Shown here: positions 27,053 through 36,622 of the stretch, piece by piece | How the letters are laid out: every line of letters begins with the position of its first letter | Position numbering within the stretch: position 1 is the first letter of the stretch | NCBI GenBank assembly: GCA_043814605.1 | Contig: JBDRJV010000035.1 | Span: 10,275-74,274, forward strand | Origin: Candidatus Omnitrophota bacterium | GTDB lineage: Bacteria; Omnitrophota; Gorgyraeia; B26-G9 | Reading direction: 5' to 3' | DNA: 64,000 bases | Translations under genes and position numbers: made by a program | The notes under the pieces: generated by a model | The model's input: the letters and a program-made list of their open reading frames with translations, nothing else | What the model was told of the DNA's origin: nothing | Databases searched by the model: none

Positions 27053-28288
27053 CTACACATTTTTTCCCGCCGCAAACCCCGTAGAAAAAGCTGCTTGTAG
27101 ATTATACCCACCGGTTAGACCTGCAACATCCAAAATTTCTCCGCAAAAATAAAGCCCAGGAACAATCTTTGATTCCATGGTTTTCGGGTTGATCTCTCTA
27201 GTGTCTACCCCGCCCCGGGTAATCATGGCCTGTTCAAAAGCAAAAAATTGCCGGACTTTTAATTCTAATGATTTTAAATTATTTATCAAGCTAATTTTTT
27301 CTCTTTTACTTAATTCTATCATTTTCTTATCGGTAAGGATACCGGATATTTTTAATATTTCATGAACAAATTTAACCGGCAATATCTGCGTAAGAAAATT
27401 TTTACATTTTATTTGTGATTTTCTTAACGCTTTATCATTGAATTGGTTAAGAATAATATCCTGTGTTAAATCCGGCAAAAAATCAATTTTTAAGATTACA
27501 TCCTGCTTTTTGATTTTATCAATAAAAAGACTAATATCCAGTATCCCTGGGCCGGAAACGCCAAAATGCGTAAAAACCAATTCGCCCTCTATAGTTTTTT
27601 TTCTTTTTCTATTAATATACAGGCTAATCCTGGAATCAGAAAAACTTATACCCTGAAGATTTTTTATCCATTTATTATCAATCACTAAAGATGACAATCC
27701 CGGGCGTAAATTAATAATATTATGCCCAAGTTTTTCTGCCCAATTAAACCCGTCTCCGGTTGAACCTGTAGCAGGATATGTTTTTCCTCCTGTAGCGATA
27801 ACAACTTTCTCTGTATTAATCTGTTCACTACAATCTGTTTTTACAGCCATAATTTTCTGATTCTTTGCAATAATCTTTGCAACATTAGTGTTTAATTTTA
27901 TTTCAACCCCGGATTGTTTTAATGATCTTTCTAAAGCATTAACCACATCCTGCGCATTATCAGAAGCAGGAAAGATTCTTCCTTTATTTTCTGCTTTAAC
28001 TTTAAGCCCTGATTCTTTAAAAAAATTAATTAACTCTGTATTATAAAAAACATTAAAAGCATTATGTAAAAATTTAACTGCGTCAACATAATGTTCCGGA
28101 AAATCCGATAGACTAGAAATATTTGTTAAATTGCATCTGGAATTTCCGGTTAACCGCAGTTTTTTGCCGAGACATTTGTTCTTTTCTAAGAGCAAGACTG
28201 ATTTTCCGCTTTTAGCCGCAGTTGCTGCGGCAATCATCCCCGCCGGACCTGCACCAATAACAATTACATCAAATCTTCTATCGGCCAT
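27053..28288 (-). CDS. HI0933/YhiN-family FAD-binding flavoprotein (BaiN/aminoacetone oxidase-like)
   Basis: MADRRFDVIVIGAGPAGMIAAATAAKSGKSVLLLEKNKCLGKKLRLTGNSRCNLTN. Confidence 0.75.
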   Translation of the reverse strand: MADRRFDVIVIGAGPAGMIAAATAAKSGKSVLLLEKNKCLGKKLRLTGNSRCNLTNISSLSDFPEHYVDAVKFLHNAFNVFYNTELINFFKESGLKVKAENKGRIFPASDNAQDVVNALERSLKQSGVEIKLNTNVAKIIAKNQKIMAVKTDCSEQINTEKVVIATGGKTYPATGSTGDGFNWAEKLGHNIINLRPGLSSLVIDNKWIKNLQGISFSDSRISLYINRKRKKTIEGELVFTHFGVSGPGILDISLFIDKIKKQDVILKIDFLPDLTQDIILNQFNDKALRKSQIKCKNFLTQILPVKFVHEILKISGILTDKKMIELSKREKISLINNLKSLELKVRQFFAFEQAMITRGGVDTREINPKTMESKIVPGLYFCGEILDVAGLTGGYNLQAAFSTGFAAGKNV

Positions 28289-28407
28289 ATTTTAAATATC
28301 CTTAATAAAATCAAAAATAGTAACATAATAATCACTTATTCAAGCCGCCCCGCGGTACTGCTGGCTGAATTTATTTGTTATTTTAAAATTATTTTTCTTC
28401 ACTCTTA

Positions 28408-30099
28408 TTAATTTAATTTTTCATATAAATAATAATATTGCCCTGAGTCTAATAAAATTTTATCCATTAAAACTACATTATCTTTTGAGTACATTAAAAA
28501 TTCATATGGAAGATCTGCCTTTTTTAACATTTCCATGTTTAGCCCTTGCCGCAATTCATTTATCTCAACCCAATCTTGGCTGATATTTACAGGCGATATA
28601 TAATAAAATTGGCTGTGAACATATAAAGCAGATAACTCTCTATCGCTAAACTCCTGCATAAATGCTTCTGGTTTCTTTGATAGTAGATAGCCGATAAAAT
28701 TTTTTTCTAAAACAGATCCTCCTTGAATAAATGCCAGGTAATTATAATATTCTTTTATTTGTTTTGAATAATTCTCTTTTTTATAATTTCCCGTATATTG
28801 TTTTTCAAAAAAACTTAAATACTTTTTCCCTGCCGGATACGCCCATAACGAATACGGCCTCATTTTCCATTTCGCAAATAATAAGTTGTGCATACCTGCA
28901 ATCTTTGTGTCCCTGATCCTAAGATTAAAGGAAAGATAAAAAAATTGATAAAATAACAAAAATATCACTAAAGCAATACTGCATTTTTTAATCAGGCTAG
29001 GCTTAAGCTTTGCAATCGCAATCCCCCAGAGCATGGCTACAGGCGGCATTGCCGGGAGCAAATATCTCAATGCTTGATCGTTATAAAAAATGAGGAGAAA
29101 AAACGGCAAAAGCATCCAGAAAAATAAGAGTTTTTTATATTTTATTTTTATTGTGATTATGGTTGCTATTGACATGCCCGCAGCTGCAATCACCAATAAC
29201 CCATTATCTTTAAAAAAACCAGCAGTATAAAAAATAATGTTTTCTTTGATTTTACTTAATGAACTTAATTGATAGATTTTACCGCCTAATGCTTCTGACC
29301 TAATAGTCGTAATCATCCAACGCATATTTTCCGTTCCATGCCAGTATAAAAAAATTAAAAATGCCGGGATAAAAAATACAGTAAAATTTACAATCCCCTG
29401 CCAAATATTTTTTTTATTTTTATTTTGTTTAATCAACTCAAAAATATTATCTAATATTATAACGATCAAAAAAGAAAAAAAATAAATTATAAATGATGGT
29501 TTCCCTAGAATTCCCAGCCCGCAAATTATTCCCAGCATAAAAGAACTTTTCAGCGTTTTAAACCCCTGAGTTACAAGAAAATAAAAAGATAGTGTCAACA
29601 ATGCTATTAAGGGAATATCCTGGTTATATATGTGCGAATAATTAAATACCAGAGGAATTAACGATATGAATAACATTGCAAAAACACCCGCTTTTTCCCC
29701 TTCAATTATTTTCGTTGTTTTGTAAATAAAAATTAACAGGATCAGAAAGAAAAGAAAAAAAGTCATTTGAATTTTAAAAAAAGAAAAACCAATTGCAAAA
29801 CTACACAATGAACTAACCACATATAAAAGAGGAGTTCTGGGGTACGGCCAAAAAAATTTTTGATGCCGGATATTATTTAGCACGAGTAAAAAATCAGGTA
29901 ACGATTGACTCAGGTTTTTATATATACATAGTACCTTGGGAATATGTTCCATTTCTAGTTCGTGTATTGGAATATGATGATTCATTACCCAAAATAAATG
30001 ACAAAAGAGATGAAACAATATCACAAAAATTAGGATAAGTTTAAATTTTATTTTTTTTACCTTTTGAATCAAGTCGTTCTTTTTGTGTTGTTCATCCAT
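28408..30099 (-). CDS. Multi-pass membrane protein, glycosyltransferase family 39/83 (ArnT/PMT)-like
   Basis: 563 aa with about 12 TM helices and a large C-terminal soluble domain. The topology resembles lipid-linked-sugar glycosyltransferases. The assignment is weak. Confidence 0.35.
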   Translation of the reverse strand: MDEQHKKNDLIQKVKKIKFKLILIFVILFHLFCHLFWVMNHHIPIHELEMEHIPKVLCIYKNLSQSLPDFLLVLNNIRHQKFFWPYPRTPLLYVVSSLCSFAIGFSFFKIQMTFFLFFLILLIFIYKTTKIIEGEKAGVFAMLFISLIPLVFNYSHIYNQDIPLIALLTLSFYFLVTQGFKTLKSSFMLGIICGLGILGKPSFIIYFFSFLIVIILDNIFELIKQNKNKKNIWQGIVNFTVFFIPAFLIFLYWHGTENMRWMITTIRSEALGGKIYQLSSLSKIKENIIFYTAGFFKDNGLLVIAAAGMSIATIITIKIKYKKLLFFWMLLPFFLLIFYNDQALRYLLPAMPPVAMLWGIAIAKLKPSLIKKCSIALVIFLLFYQFFYLSFNLRIRDTKIAGMHNLLFAKWKMRPYSLWAYPAGKKYLSFFEKQYTGNYKKENYSKQIKEYYNYLAFIQGGSVLEKNFIGYLLSKKPEAFMQEFSDRELSALYVHSQFYYISPVNISQDWVEINELRQGLNMEMLKKADLPYEFLMYSKDNVVLMDKILLDSGQYYYLYEKLN

Positions 30100-30165
30100 A
30101 ATTTTTAATTGAATGTAAAAATCAGCTGCGGCTTGAGCCGAATTTTAACCCGGTAAGTAGATTAC

Positions 30166-30651
30166 CTATTCTTTTACCCAGATTTTTTTAAATTCTTCCG
30201 TGATTTCCTTTGCAATAATATTTTCCAGTTCAATTTTTTCTTCCGGCTGGGTATTATCTTGTTTATTTTTTAATTTTCTCGAAGCAGACAAAAACTCTTT
30301 AACTGATTTTACTTGTGCTCCGAGAGCGCGGCAGTAAAATTTGATTTGTTTATCATCGCTGATAATTACAATACATTTAGGGTTTCTCGCTTGTTCGACC
30401 ATGTGTTTTATTTTTTCATCGGCATTCTCGTTTTTACTAAATAAAACCCGCACATAAGTATCCATAGCAGGAGAACAAATCTCCGGCTGGCCGTCAAAAA
30501 CAATACTAACCTGATTGCGGCGGCTGCCTTGCGGCTGATACTGTTCAATAAAACGCACAAGCCCCTGCCGGCCGCCTCGAAGCTTTTGATCTGTAAGAAA
30601 CCCCACCTGCTTTATCACGTTGTAGCCGTCAATTATATAATGCAAGGACAT
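30166..30651 (-). CDS. YacP-like NYN/PIN-domain RNA-binding protein
   Basis: MSLHYIIDGYNVIKQ and VSIVFDGQ, then IVIISDD. Confidence 0.65.
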   Translation of the reverse strand: MSLHYIIDGYNVIKQVGFLTDQKLRGGRQGLVRFIEQYQPQGSRRNQVSIVFDGQPEICSPAMDTYVRVLFSKNENADEKIKHMVEQARNPKCIVIISDDKQIKFYCRALGAQVKSVKEFLSASRKLKNKQDNTQPEEKIELENIIAKEITEEFKKIWVKE

Positions 30652-30677
30652 AATTGTCTCTCTTCCCTTTTAAATCC

Positions 30678-31712
30678 TTATTTTTGTTTAAGTCTTAACT
30701 GCCCGCAGGCACCCTGGATATCTTCCCCGCGTGAACGCCGCAAAGTAAAATTTATCCGGTTTCCCTCTAAAACCCGCTGAAATTCATTAAGCTCATCCGG
30801 ATTAATCCGGGTAAACTCCATGCCTTCAACAGGATTAAACTGAATTAAGTTAACTTTACATTGAAAATTCCGAAGTAATCTCGCTAACTGGTCTGCGTCA
30901 GATTTTTTTGAGTTTAAATTATCAATTAAAATATATTCAAAAGTAATAACCCGATTTGTCATTTGTGTATATTTTTTTGCTACAGCAATTAACTCTTTTA
31001 ATGGATGTTTTTTATTTATCGGCATGATTTTATTACGCAATTCATCGGTGGCAGCGTGTAATGATATGGATAGTTCTACCTGAATACCTTCTTTGGCTAA
31101 ACGGATTATTTCTTGGGGTAAGCCACAAGTAGAAATAGTAATTTTGCGTGCGCCGATTTCTAAACAATCTTTATGATTTAAAATCCTGATTGCCTTTAAA
31201 GTATTATTATAATTTGCTAAAGGCTCACCCATCCCCATAATCACAATATTCGTAATCGGTTTCATAGGATTGTCTTTTTTTATTAATAAAACTTGAGATA
31301 TGATTTCATCGGGAGTTAAATTTCGAATTAAACCGTCTTTACCGCTGGCGCAGAATGCGCAGCCAAAAGCACAGCCAGCTTGTGTGGAAAGGCAAATTGT
31401 CGCTCTTTTTTTAGTAGGGATAAAAACTGATTCTATAGTTTCGTTATCCCCGGTGCGAAAAAGATATTTTGTTGTTTTATCAAGTTTTGAAATAAACTTT
31501 ACTTCTTGATTTAAACTTATAATTGATAAAACTTCATTTAAATCTTGCCTTAAATTTTGGGGAAGATTATACATTTTATCAAAAGTGAGAGTATTTTTTT
31601 TAAATACCCAGTCGAGAATTTGCTTATTGCGAAAAGCCGGCAAATTATGCTCTGAAATTATTTGTTTTAATTCATTAGGGCTAAGCCCGGAAATTATTTG
31701 TTTTCTTTTCAT
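30678..31712 (-). CDS. rlmN: 23S rRNA (adenine2503-C2)/tRNA methyltransferase RlmN (radical SAM)
   Basis: LSPNELKQIISEHNLPAFRNKQILDWVFKK N-terminal domain, the CxxxCxxC cluster CLSTQAGCAFGCAFCASG, and MGMGEPLAN. Confidence 0.85.
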   Translation of the reverse strand: MKRKQIISGLSPNELKQIISEHNLPAFRNKQILDWVFKKNTLTFDKMYNLPQNLRQDLNEVLSIISLNQEVKFISKLDKTTKYLFRTGDNETIESVFIPTKKRATICLSTQAGCAFGCAFCASGKDGLIRNLTPDEIISQVLLIKKDNPMKPITNIVIMGMGEPLANYNNTLKAIRILNHKDCLEIGARKITISTCGLPQEIIRLAKEGIQVELSISLHAATDELRNKIMPINKKHPLKELIAVAKKYTQMTNRVITFEYILIDNLNSKKSDADQLARLLRNFQCKVNLIQFNPVEGMEFTRINPDELNEFQRVLEGNRINFTLRRSRGEDIQGACGQLRLKQK

Positions 31713-31714
31713 AA

Positions 31715-32143
31715 TTAATAAAAGTATCTCTTATCTAATTCAAATGCGTTTTTAATTAAATCAATTTTTTGAATATTTAAATCCTCATTTAATAACACAC
31801 CCACTACATCAAAACGCAAATCGTTATCGTGCCACGGGTGTTTTTGCAGATAACTTAAAGCAACTTGAGATATTTTACGTTGTTTTTTTGTATTTATTGA
31901 TTCCAGCGGCTCACCTGACTGATCATCAACACGTGTTTTTACTTCAATAAAACATAATATGTTGCGGTCCCAGGCAATAATATCGATTTCACCCATTAGC
32001 GTGCGGTAATTTTGTGTAACTATACTGTAACCTTCTTTTTTTAAGAAACTTACCGCAAATTTTTCTCCCAAACAACCTAAATCCTGATTTTGCCTCTTTT
32101 GCATGACAGATAGGATTATCCCAGATAAATGCGTTAATGTCAA
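31715..32143 (-). CDS. yraN: YraN-family (UPF0102) endonuclease
   Basis: GCLGEKFAVSFLKKEGYSIVTQNYRTLMGEIDIIAWDRNILCFIEVKTR. Confidence 0.8.
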   Translation of the reverse strand: MTLTHLSGIILSVMQKRQNQDLGCLGEKFAVSFLKKEGYSIVTQNYRTLMGEIDIIAWDRNILCFIEVKTRVDDQSGEPLESINTKKQRKISQVALSYLQKHPWHDNDLRFDVVGVLLNEDLNIQKIDLIKNAFELDKRYFY

Positions 32144-32234
32144 TTTTTTGAGATTAAGTCTGATAATTTTAATGATTTACTTGAATAACTTAAAACACCT
32201 TTGTTTTTAAATGGTTAGGTGAGATTAATTTTAT

Positions 32235-34193
32235 TTAAAATACTGCACTTACACCGAAAAATAGCCAGCGTCCAGGCATAGGGATATTTCCTTTTTCCGT
32301 AAAACCATGATTAAAAATATTATCAATATTAAAAAATAATGTATATTCATTAATAACCTTAGAAAATTTAATATTCATAATAAAATCGCCTCCGGAATCA
32401 ATTCTCTGCAGATAACTTAATTCTGCATCCAGGATAATACCGGCAATTAGTTTATGCTCTGTCCCTAGAGTAAACTTATGTTTAAGAAAATCAAAAGCAT
32501 ATTTTGAAATAAGATTATTGACTTGTTTATCCTTATCAATATAGGTATAACCAAATTTCAGCTTTTGCCAATTTTCTAAACTGGGATTAATTTTTTCCGG
32601 CTTTATCTTTAAATCAGCTTCCAGGCCTCTGGTTTCTACCTCAGCTACGTTTAAGACTTGATAAACCGTAGAATCCGGCGTTCTCGCCCAATCAATAAGA
32701 TTTTCTCCTTTTCTTTTAAAAGCAGTCAACGAAGAGGAAAAATACGTTTTGGTATAATCTAATCCTAACTCATAATTTTTCGATTTCTCCGGTGCCAGAT
32801 TAACATTACCCATATTAGCCGGGCTCTGATAATAGAGTTCTGTAAAAGTAGGCACGCGGACAGAACGGTTAAAAGAACTGCGAATTTTTAATGCCTCCTG
32901 CAACCTATACCCTAAACTTACATCCGGCAGTATTTGATCTTTAAAATCATCATAAACACATCCGGTTAGGCCAATCGCCAATAAAATTTTATCCAGGCTG
33001 GCTCGGTACTCTGAGTAAACAGTATGGATTATCCGCTGGTGGTATCCTAAACTTGCACTGGCTATTTTTTCTTGAGTTAAATCAACACCGGTAAATAATT
33101 TTCCCTCTTGAATATCGATAATACAATCAACTTTTCCTCCCTGCACATAATTAGTGTGCAGATTTTCATACCATCCCGGCCTTGTCCCGTCTAACCAAAA
33201 ACGATCTTTATGTTCCCGGTAGTAAACTTTAGGGCTAAAATTAATACTGTACTCATTTATTTTAGATTCAAAACCTAAAGTTGTAAAAATTGTTTTAGTG
33301 TGTTCTCTTTGCTCCGGATAGAATTCCGAATAAAACCCGTTTGCGCCAAATTCTTTATCTAAAAAATTAAAAGTAAAATTCAAATCCCCAAAATCATGTC
33401 CGAGCGTAGATATATGCGAAACACCCGTTGTCTGGAAATCAGTATTGTATCGGTATCCGTCACTAGTTGACTTTCCTAAACTTGTCCGGGAATTTAACCG
33501 CACAATTTTATAAGAATAAGAAATGTCTTGATACAAATAACTATTTTCACCCACAATTACCTTGGCTTTTAATTGTTCTTTTCGGGGTTTTTTGGTGATG
33601 ATATGAATAGATCCTCCCTGCCGTGCTGATCCATAAATACTTGCCGCCGGACCGGGTATCATAATAATATTATCGATGTCTTCACTGAATAAGGGAATAT
33701 CTGTATTAAAATGCCCGGTTTGCGGGTCATTAATTTTAACTCCATCAATTAAAACATCGGTTTGTTCAAAACTTGCCCCTCTTATTTGTATATCTGCTTG
33801 AGTCCCGAAAATTCCCCGCCGTTGCACATCGACTGAATTATTTGTGCTCAATACTTCAGAGGAAAATTGCTGTGTATTCATACTGCCTAAATCAATATTT
33901 TCAATATTTCTTAAAGAATCATGATAGCATTCATCTGCTAATTCCGGATGTACCACCACTGGGTCCAGATAGTAAGTCTGCGACATTCCCTTTGTATTTT
34001 CTTGAGCATACACAGTATTCATTAGAACATATGCATTCAGAGCTACTAATAAAATAAAAATTAAGCTCCCTCGAGCTAAAAACCGGGGTTTCTGAGCGGA
34101 ATATCGCAGTGTTATTTTCATCTCCGGCTGGGAAACCAGAGTTTCTAATGCGGGCAGGATAAATCCCTTTAAGTAATTTTGAGCCATAATCAA
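32235..34193 (-). CDS. TonB-dependent outer-membrane receptor
   Basis: Plug-domain motifs (IMIPGPAASIYGSARQGGSIHIITK), a long beta-barrel and a C-terminal aromatic end (FGVSAVF). The likely start is the MKITLRY signal peptide near 34118. Confidence 0.8.
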   Translation of the reverse strand: MIMAQNYLKGFILPALETLVSQPEMKITLRYSAQKPRFLARGSLIFILLVALNAYVLMNTVYAQENTKGMSQTYYLDPVVVHPELADECYHDSLRNIENIDLGSMNTQQFSSEVLSTNNSVDVQRRGIFGTQADIQIRGASFEQTDVLIDGVKINDPQTGHFNTDIPLFSEDIDNIIMIPGPAASIYGSARQGGSIHIITKKPRKEQLKAKVIVGENSYLYQDISYSYKIVRLNSRTSLGKSTSDGYRYNTDFQTTGVSHISTLGHDFGDLNFTFNFLDKEFGANGFYSEFYPEQREHTKTIFTTLGFESKINEYSINFSPKVYYREHKDRFWLDGTRPGWYENLHTNYVQGGKVDCIIDIQEGKLFTGVDLTQEKIASASLGYHQRIIHTVYSEYRASLDKILLAIGLTGCVYDDFKDQILPDVSLGYRLQEALKIRSSFNRSVRVPTFTELYYQSPANMGNVNLAPEKSKNYELGLDYTKTYFSSSLTAFKRKGENLIDWARTPDSTVYQVLNVAEVETRGLEADLKIKPEKINPSLENWQKLKFGYTYIDKDKQVNNLISKYAFDFLKHKFTLGTEHKLIAGIILDAELSYLQRIDSGGDFIMNIKFSKVINEYTLFFNIDNIFNHGFTEKGNIPMPGRWLFFGVSAVF

Positions 34194-34267
34194 TCACTCT
34201 TCTGTATATTGTTAACCATTACTTAATATTTGGTTGACATTATTTTAAAAAATTTTTTATTTGCCGC

Positions 34268-35542
34268 TTATTTTAAAATTTTATGTATTTTTAATAAATC
34301 AATTGCTTTTTGCGCTGCTCCCTGATTCTTCTTAATTAAAGCTTCGGCATTTCTTGATAATATTTTAATTTTATCCGGGTGGTTTAAAAGTTCCATTAAA
34401 ATTTCGTATAAGCCTCCTTCATCTTCTACACAAACCGCAGCTTGATTACTTAAAAACATCTCTGTAATTTTTGAAAAATTAAACATATGCTTGCCAAAAA
34501 TAATGGGTTTGCCAAACATTGCCGGCTCTATCGGATTTTGGCCGCCGTGTTTGGCTAAACTGCCTCCCACAAAAACAATATCCGCTAACTTATATATTTG
34601 GTCTAATCCTCCCATGACATCCAGCACAAAAATAGCATCACTGCCCGGGGGATTATTTAATTGGCTGATTAATTGGCATTTTATTTTTTCTTGCTTGAGC
34701 ATATTTTGGATATTACCCGTCCGGTGCACATGACGCGGGGCGATCAGCAAGCGGATATTAGAATAATGTTTTTTTAATTTCAAAAACACCCGAAGAAGTA
34801 TTTCTTCTTCCGGATAATGTGTACTGCCGGCGACAATTAAACGTTCGTTTAAGTTTAGCCCTAATTTTGGAGGATTACTATTTTGTGATGGTCTTATTTG
34901 ATCAAATTTCAAATTGCCAATAACATTTACTTTTTCTGCCCTGGCGCCTAAATTAATAATCCTCTGCTTATCAATTTCTGTTTGCATACAAAAAAGATTT
35001 ATTTTATTTAAAACTGGCCTAAATAAAAATTTTGCTCTTTTGTAATCAGGATACGCTTTATCCGATATCCTCCCATTAATTATAATTACAGGTGTTTTTC
35101 TTTTTGCTGCAGCCGGGATTATATTTGGCCAAAGTTCAGTTTCCATGACTAATAATGCCTGCGGGTTGATTAACGCTAAGACTTTTTCTACAATAAAACT
35201 TAAATCAAAGGGAAAATAAATTATAATATCTTCTTTTTCTGCTATTTGCCGGCTGACCTGATTCCCGGTAGGAGTAATCGTAGAAATCAGCAATGTATAA
35301 TTTTTAAATTCATTGCGTAATTTGTCAATTAATACCGCAGCGGCTTTAATTTCTCCCACACTAACAGCATGCACCCAAATAATCGGCTTATGTTTGTTAG
35401 CATTTTTTATGGCCTGAATAGTGCCTGGTTTAAAAATTCCCAGGCGTTCTTTAAACCCAACCCGATGCTTGCCCTTTAATATAAAGGAAGGTAAATAAAT
35501 AATAGCCGCCAAAAGATATAGAATATCGAAAAAAATATGCAT
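34268..35542 (-). CDS. waaA: 3-deoxy-D-manno-octulosonic acid (Kdo) transferase
   Basis: N-terminal membrane anchor, then PIIWVHAVSVGEIKAAAVLIDKL, and a GT-B C-terminal half. Confidence 0.85.
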   Translation of the reverse strand: MHIFFDILYLLAAIIYLPSFILKGKHRVGFKERLGIFKPGTIQAIKNANKHKPIIWVHAVSVGEIKAAAVLIDKLRNEFKNYTLLISTITPTGNQVSRQIAEKEDIIIYFPFDLSFIVEKVLALINPQALLVMETELWPNIIPAAAKRKTPVIIINGRISDKAYPDYKRAKFLFRPVLNKINLFCMQTEIDKQRIINLGARAEKVNVIGNLKFDQIRPSQNSNPPKLGLNLNERLIVAGSTHYPEEEILLRVFLKLKKHYSNIRLLIAPRHVHRTGNIQNMLKQEKIKCQLISQLNNPPGSDAIFVLDVMGGLDQIYKLADIVFVGGSLAKHGGQNPIEPAMFGKPIIFGKHMFNFSKITEMFLSNQAAVCVEDEGGLYEILMELLNHPDKIKILSRNAEALIKKNQGAAQKAIDLLKIHKILK

Positions 35543-35546
35543 GCTC

Positions 35547-35600
35547 TAAGTCTCAGGTTACAGGTAACAGGCTACAGGCTGCAAGTTGCAAGCTACAAGC
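35547..35600. repeat. Heptad-repeat intergenic element (single arm)
   Basis: CTCAGG TTACAGG TAACAGG CTACAGG CTGCAAG TTGCAAG CTACAAG, seven consecutive 7-bp units NNNCARG. Confidence 0.65.
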
Positions 35601-35645
35601 TAAAAACTGCATATTACATGATCCCTATGCCACCTGCCACATTTT

Positions 35646-36518
35646 TTATGCTCTGGGATGCGTCTGGTCATAAACATTCTTTAATTTTTCCGTAGATAAA
35701 TGTGTATAAATTGTTGTTGTCGATAAATTTGCATGGCCTAATAATTCTTGAACCGCTCTTAAATCAGCTCCGCGGTTTAATAAATGTGTAGCAAATGAAT
35801 GCCGTAAACTGTGCGGAGAGATATCACTGCGGATGCTCGCAACTTTTATATATTTTTCAATTATGTTACGAATGCTCCGGTCTGTTAATCTATGCTTATC
35901 TTTATTTAAAAATAACGCTTTCACTGTTTGAGGTGTTGCTAAATTCCTTTTTTGTAAATAATTTTTTATTACCCTTAATGCCCGGTCGCCAATTGGCGCT
36001 AAGCGTTCTTTTTTCCCTTTTCCCAGAACTCTCACTACTCCGCCAATAAAATCAACATCCGTAATATTTAATCCCACTAATTCACTCACCCGGATACCCG
36101 TGCTGTATAAAGTTTCTAAAATTGCCTTATCGCGTAACCCCATCAGGTCATTTTCCTGCGGAGAATCCAGTAATTTAGAAACATCATCTTCTCCTAAAAA
36201 TATCGGTAACTTTTTTTCCAGTTTTGGCCCGACCAATCCCACCATGGGATTAAGTTTAATATGCCCTTCCCGGCATAAAAATTTAAAAAATGACCTTAAA
36301 CAGGCCATTTTACGGGCGATAGTTACCTTTTTAAATCCTTTTTTCCTTAACTCAACTAAAAATTTCCGTACCTCCAGGACATCAATATTAGCAATATCTT
36401 TACTTTGCGCAAAACTAGAAAACCCCTTAAGATCTACACTGTAATTTATTAAAGTATGTATAGATGCATCTTTTTCTACTTTTAAATAATTTAAGAACTT
36501 ATCTATATAGCGTTCCAT
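35646..36518 (-). CDS. Tyrosine site-specific recombinase XerC/XerD
   Basis: Catalytic-domain motifs HSLRHSFATHLLNRGADLRAVQELLGHANLSTTTIYTHL. Confidence 0.85.
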   Translation of the reverse strand: MERYIDKFLNYLKVEKDASIHTLINYSVDLKGFSSFAQSKDIANIDVLEVRKFLVELRKKGFKKVTIARKMACLRSFFKFLCREGHIKLNPMVGLVGPKLEKKLPIFLGEDDVSKLLDSPQENDLMGLRDKAILETLYSTGIRVSELVGLNITDVDFIGGVVRVLGKGKKERLAPIGDRALRVIKNYLQKRNLATPQTVKALFLNKDKHRLTDRSIRNIIEKYIKVASIRSDISPHSLRHSFATHLLNRGADLRAVQELLGHANLSTTTIYTHLSTEKLKNVYDQTHPRA

Positions 36519-36532
36519 ATTTAAATTTTTTT

Positions 36533-36582
36533 AGTAACGGGTAGTACCCTTAAGGGCACAAGCGAGTAGTAAGTAGTAAGTA
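36533..36582. repeat. Heptad-repeat intergenic element, copy 2 of the 45-bp variant
   Basis: gtagtacccttaagggcacaagcgagtagtaagtagtaag, with a perfect 10-bp palindrome cccttaaggg. It matches 9961-10001. Confidence 0.7.
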
Positions 36583-36622
36583 AAAACCTTCTGCTTCGCA
36601 TTTAATTTATCCAGTATCAGCA

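Noticed and set aside
33931-34197. 88-aa ORF and the other short ORFs listed in the track inside annotated genes (e.g. 1760-1954, 3624-3893, 4906-5130, 7808-8050, 8474-8770, 41721-42335, 44278-44595)
   Set aside because: All lie antisense to, or out of frame within, long conserved genes. Their translations are low-complexity, as expected for an AT-rich genome. No motif supports them.
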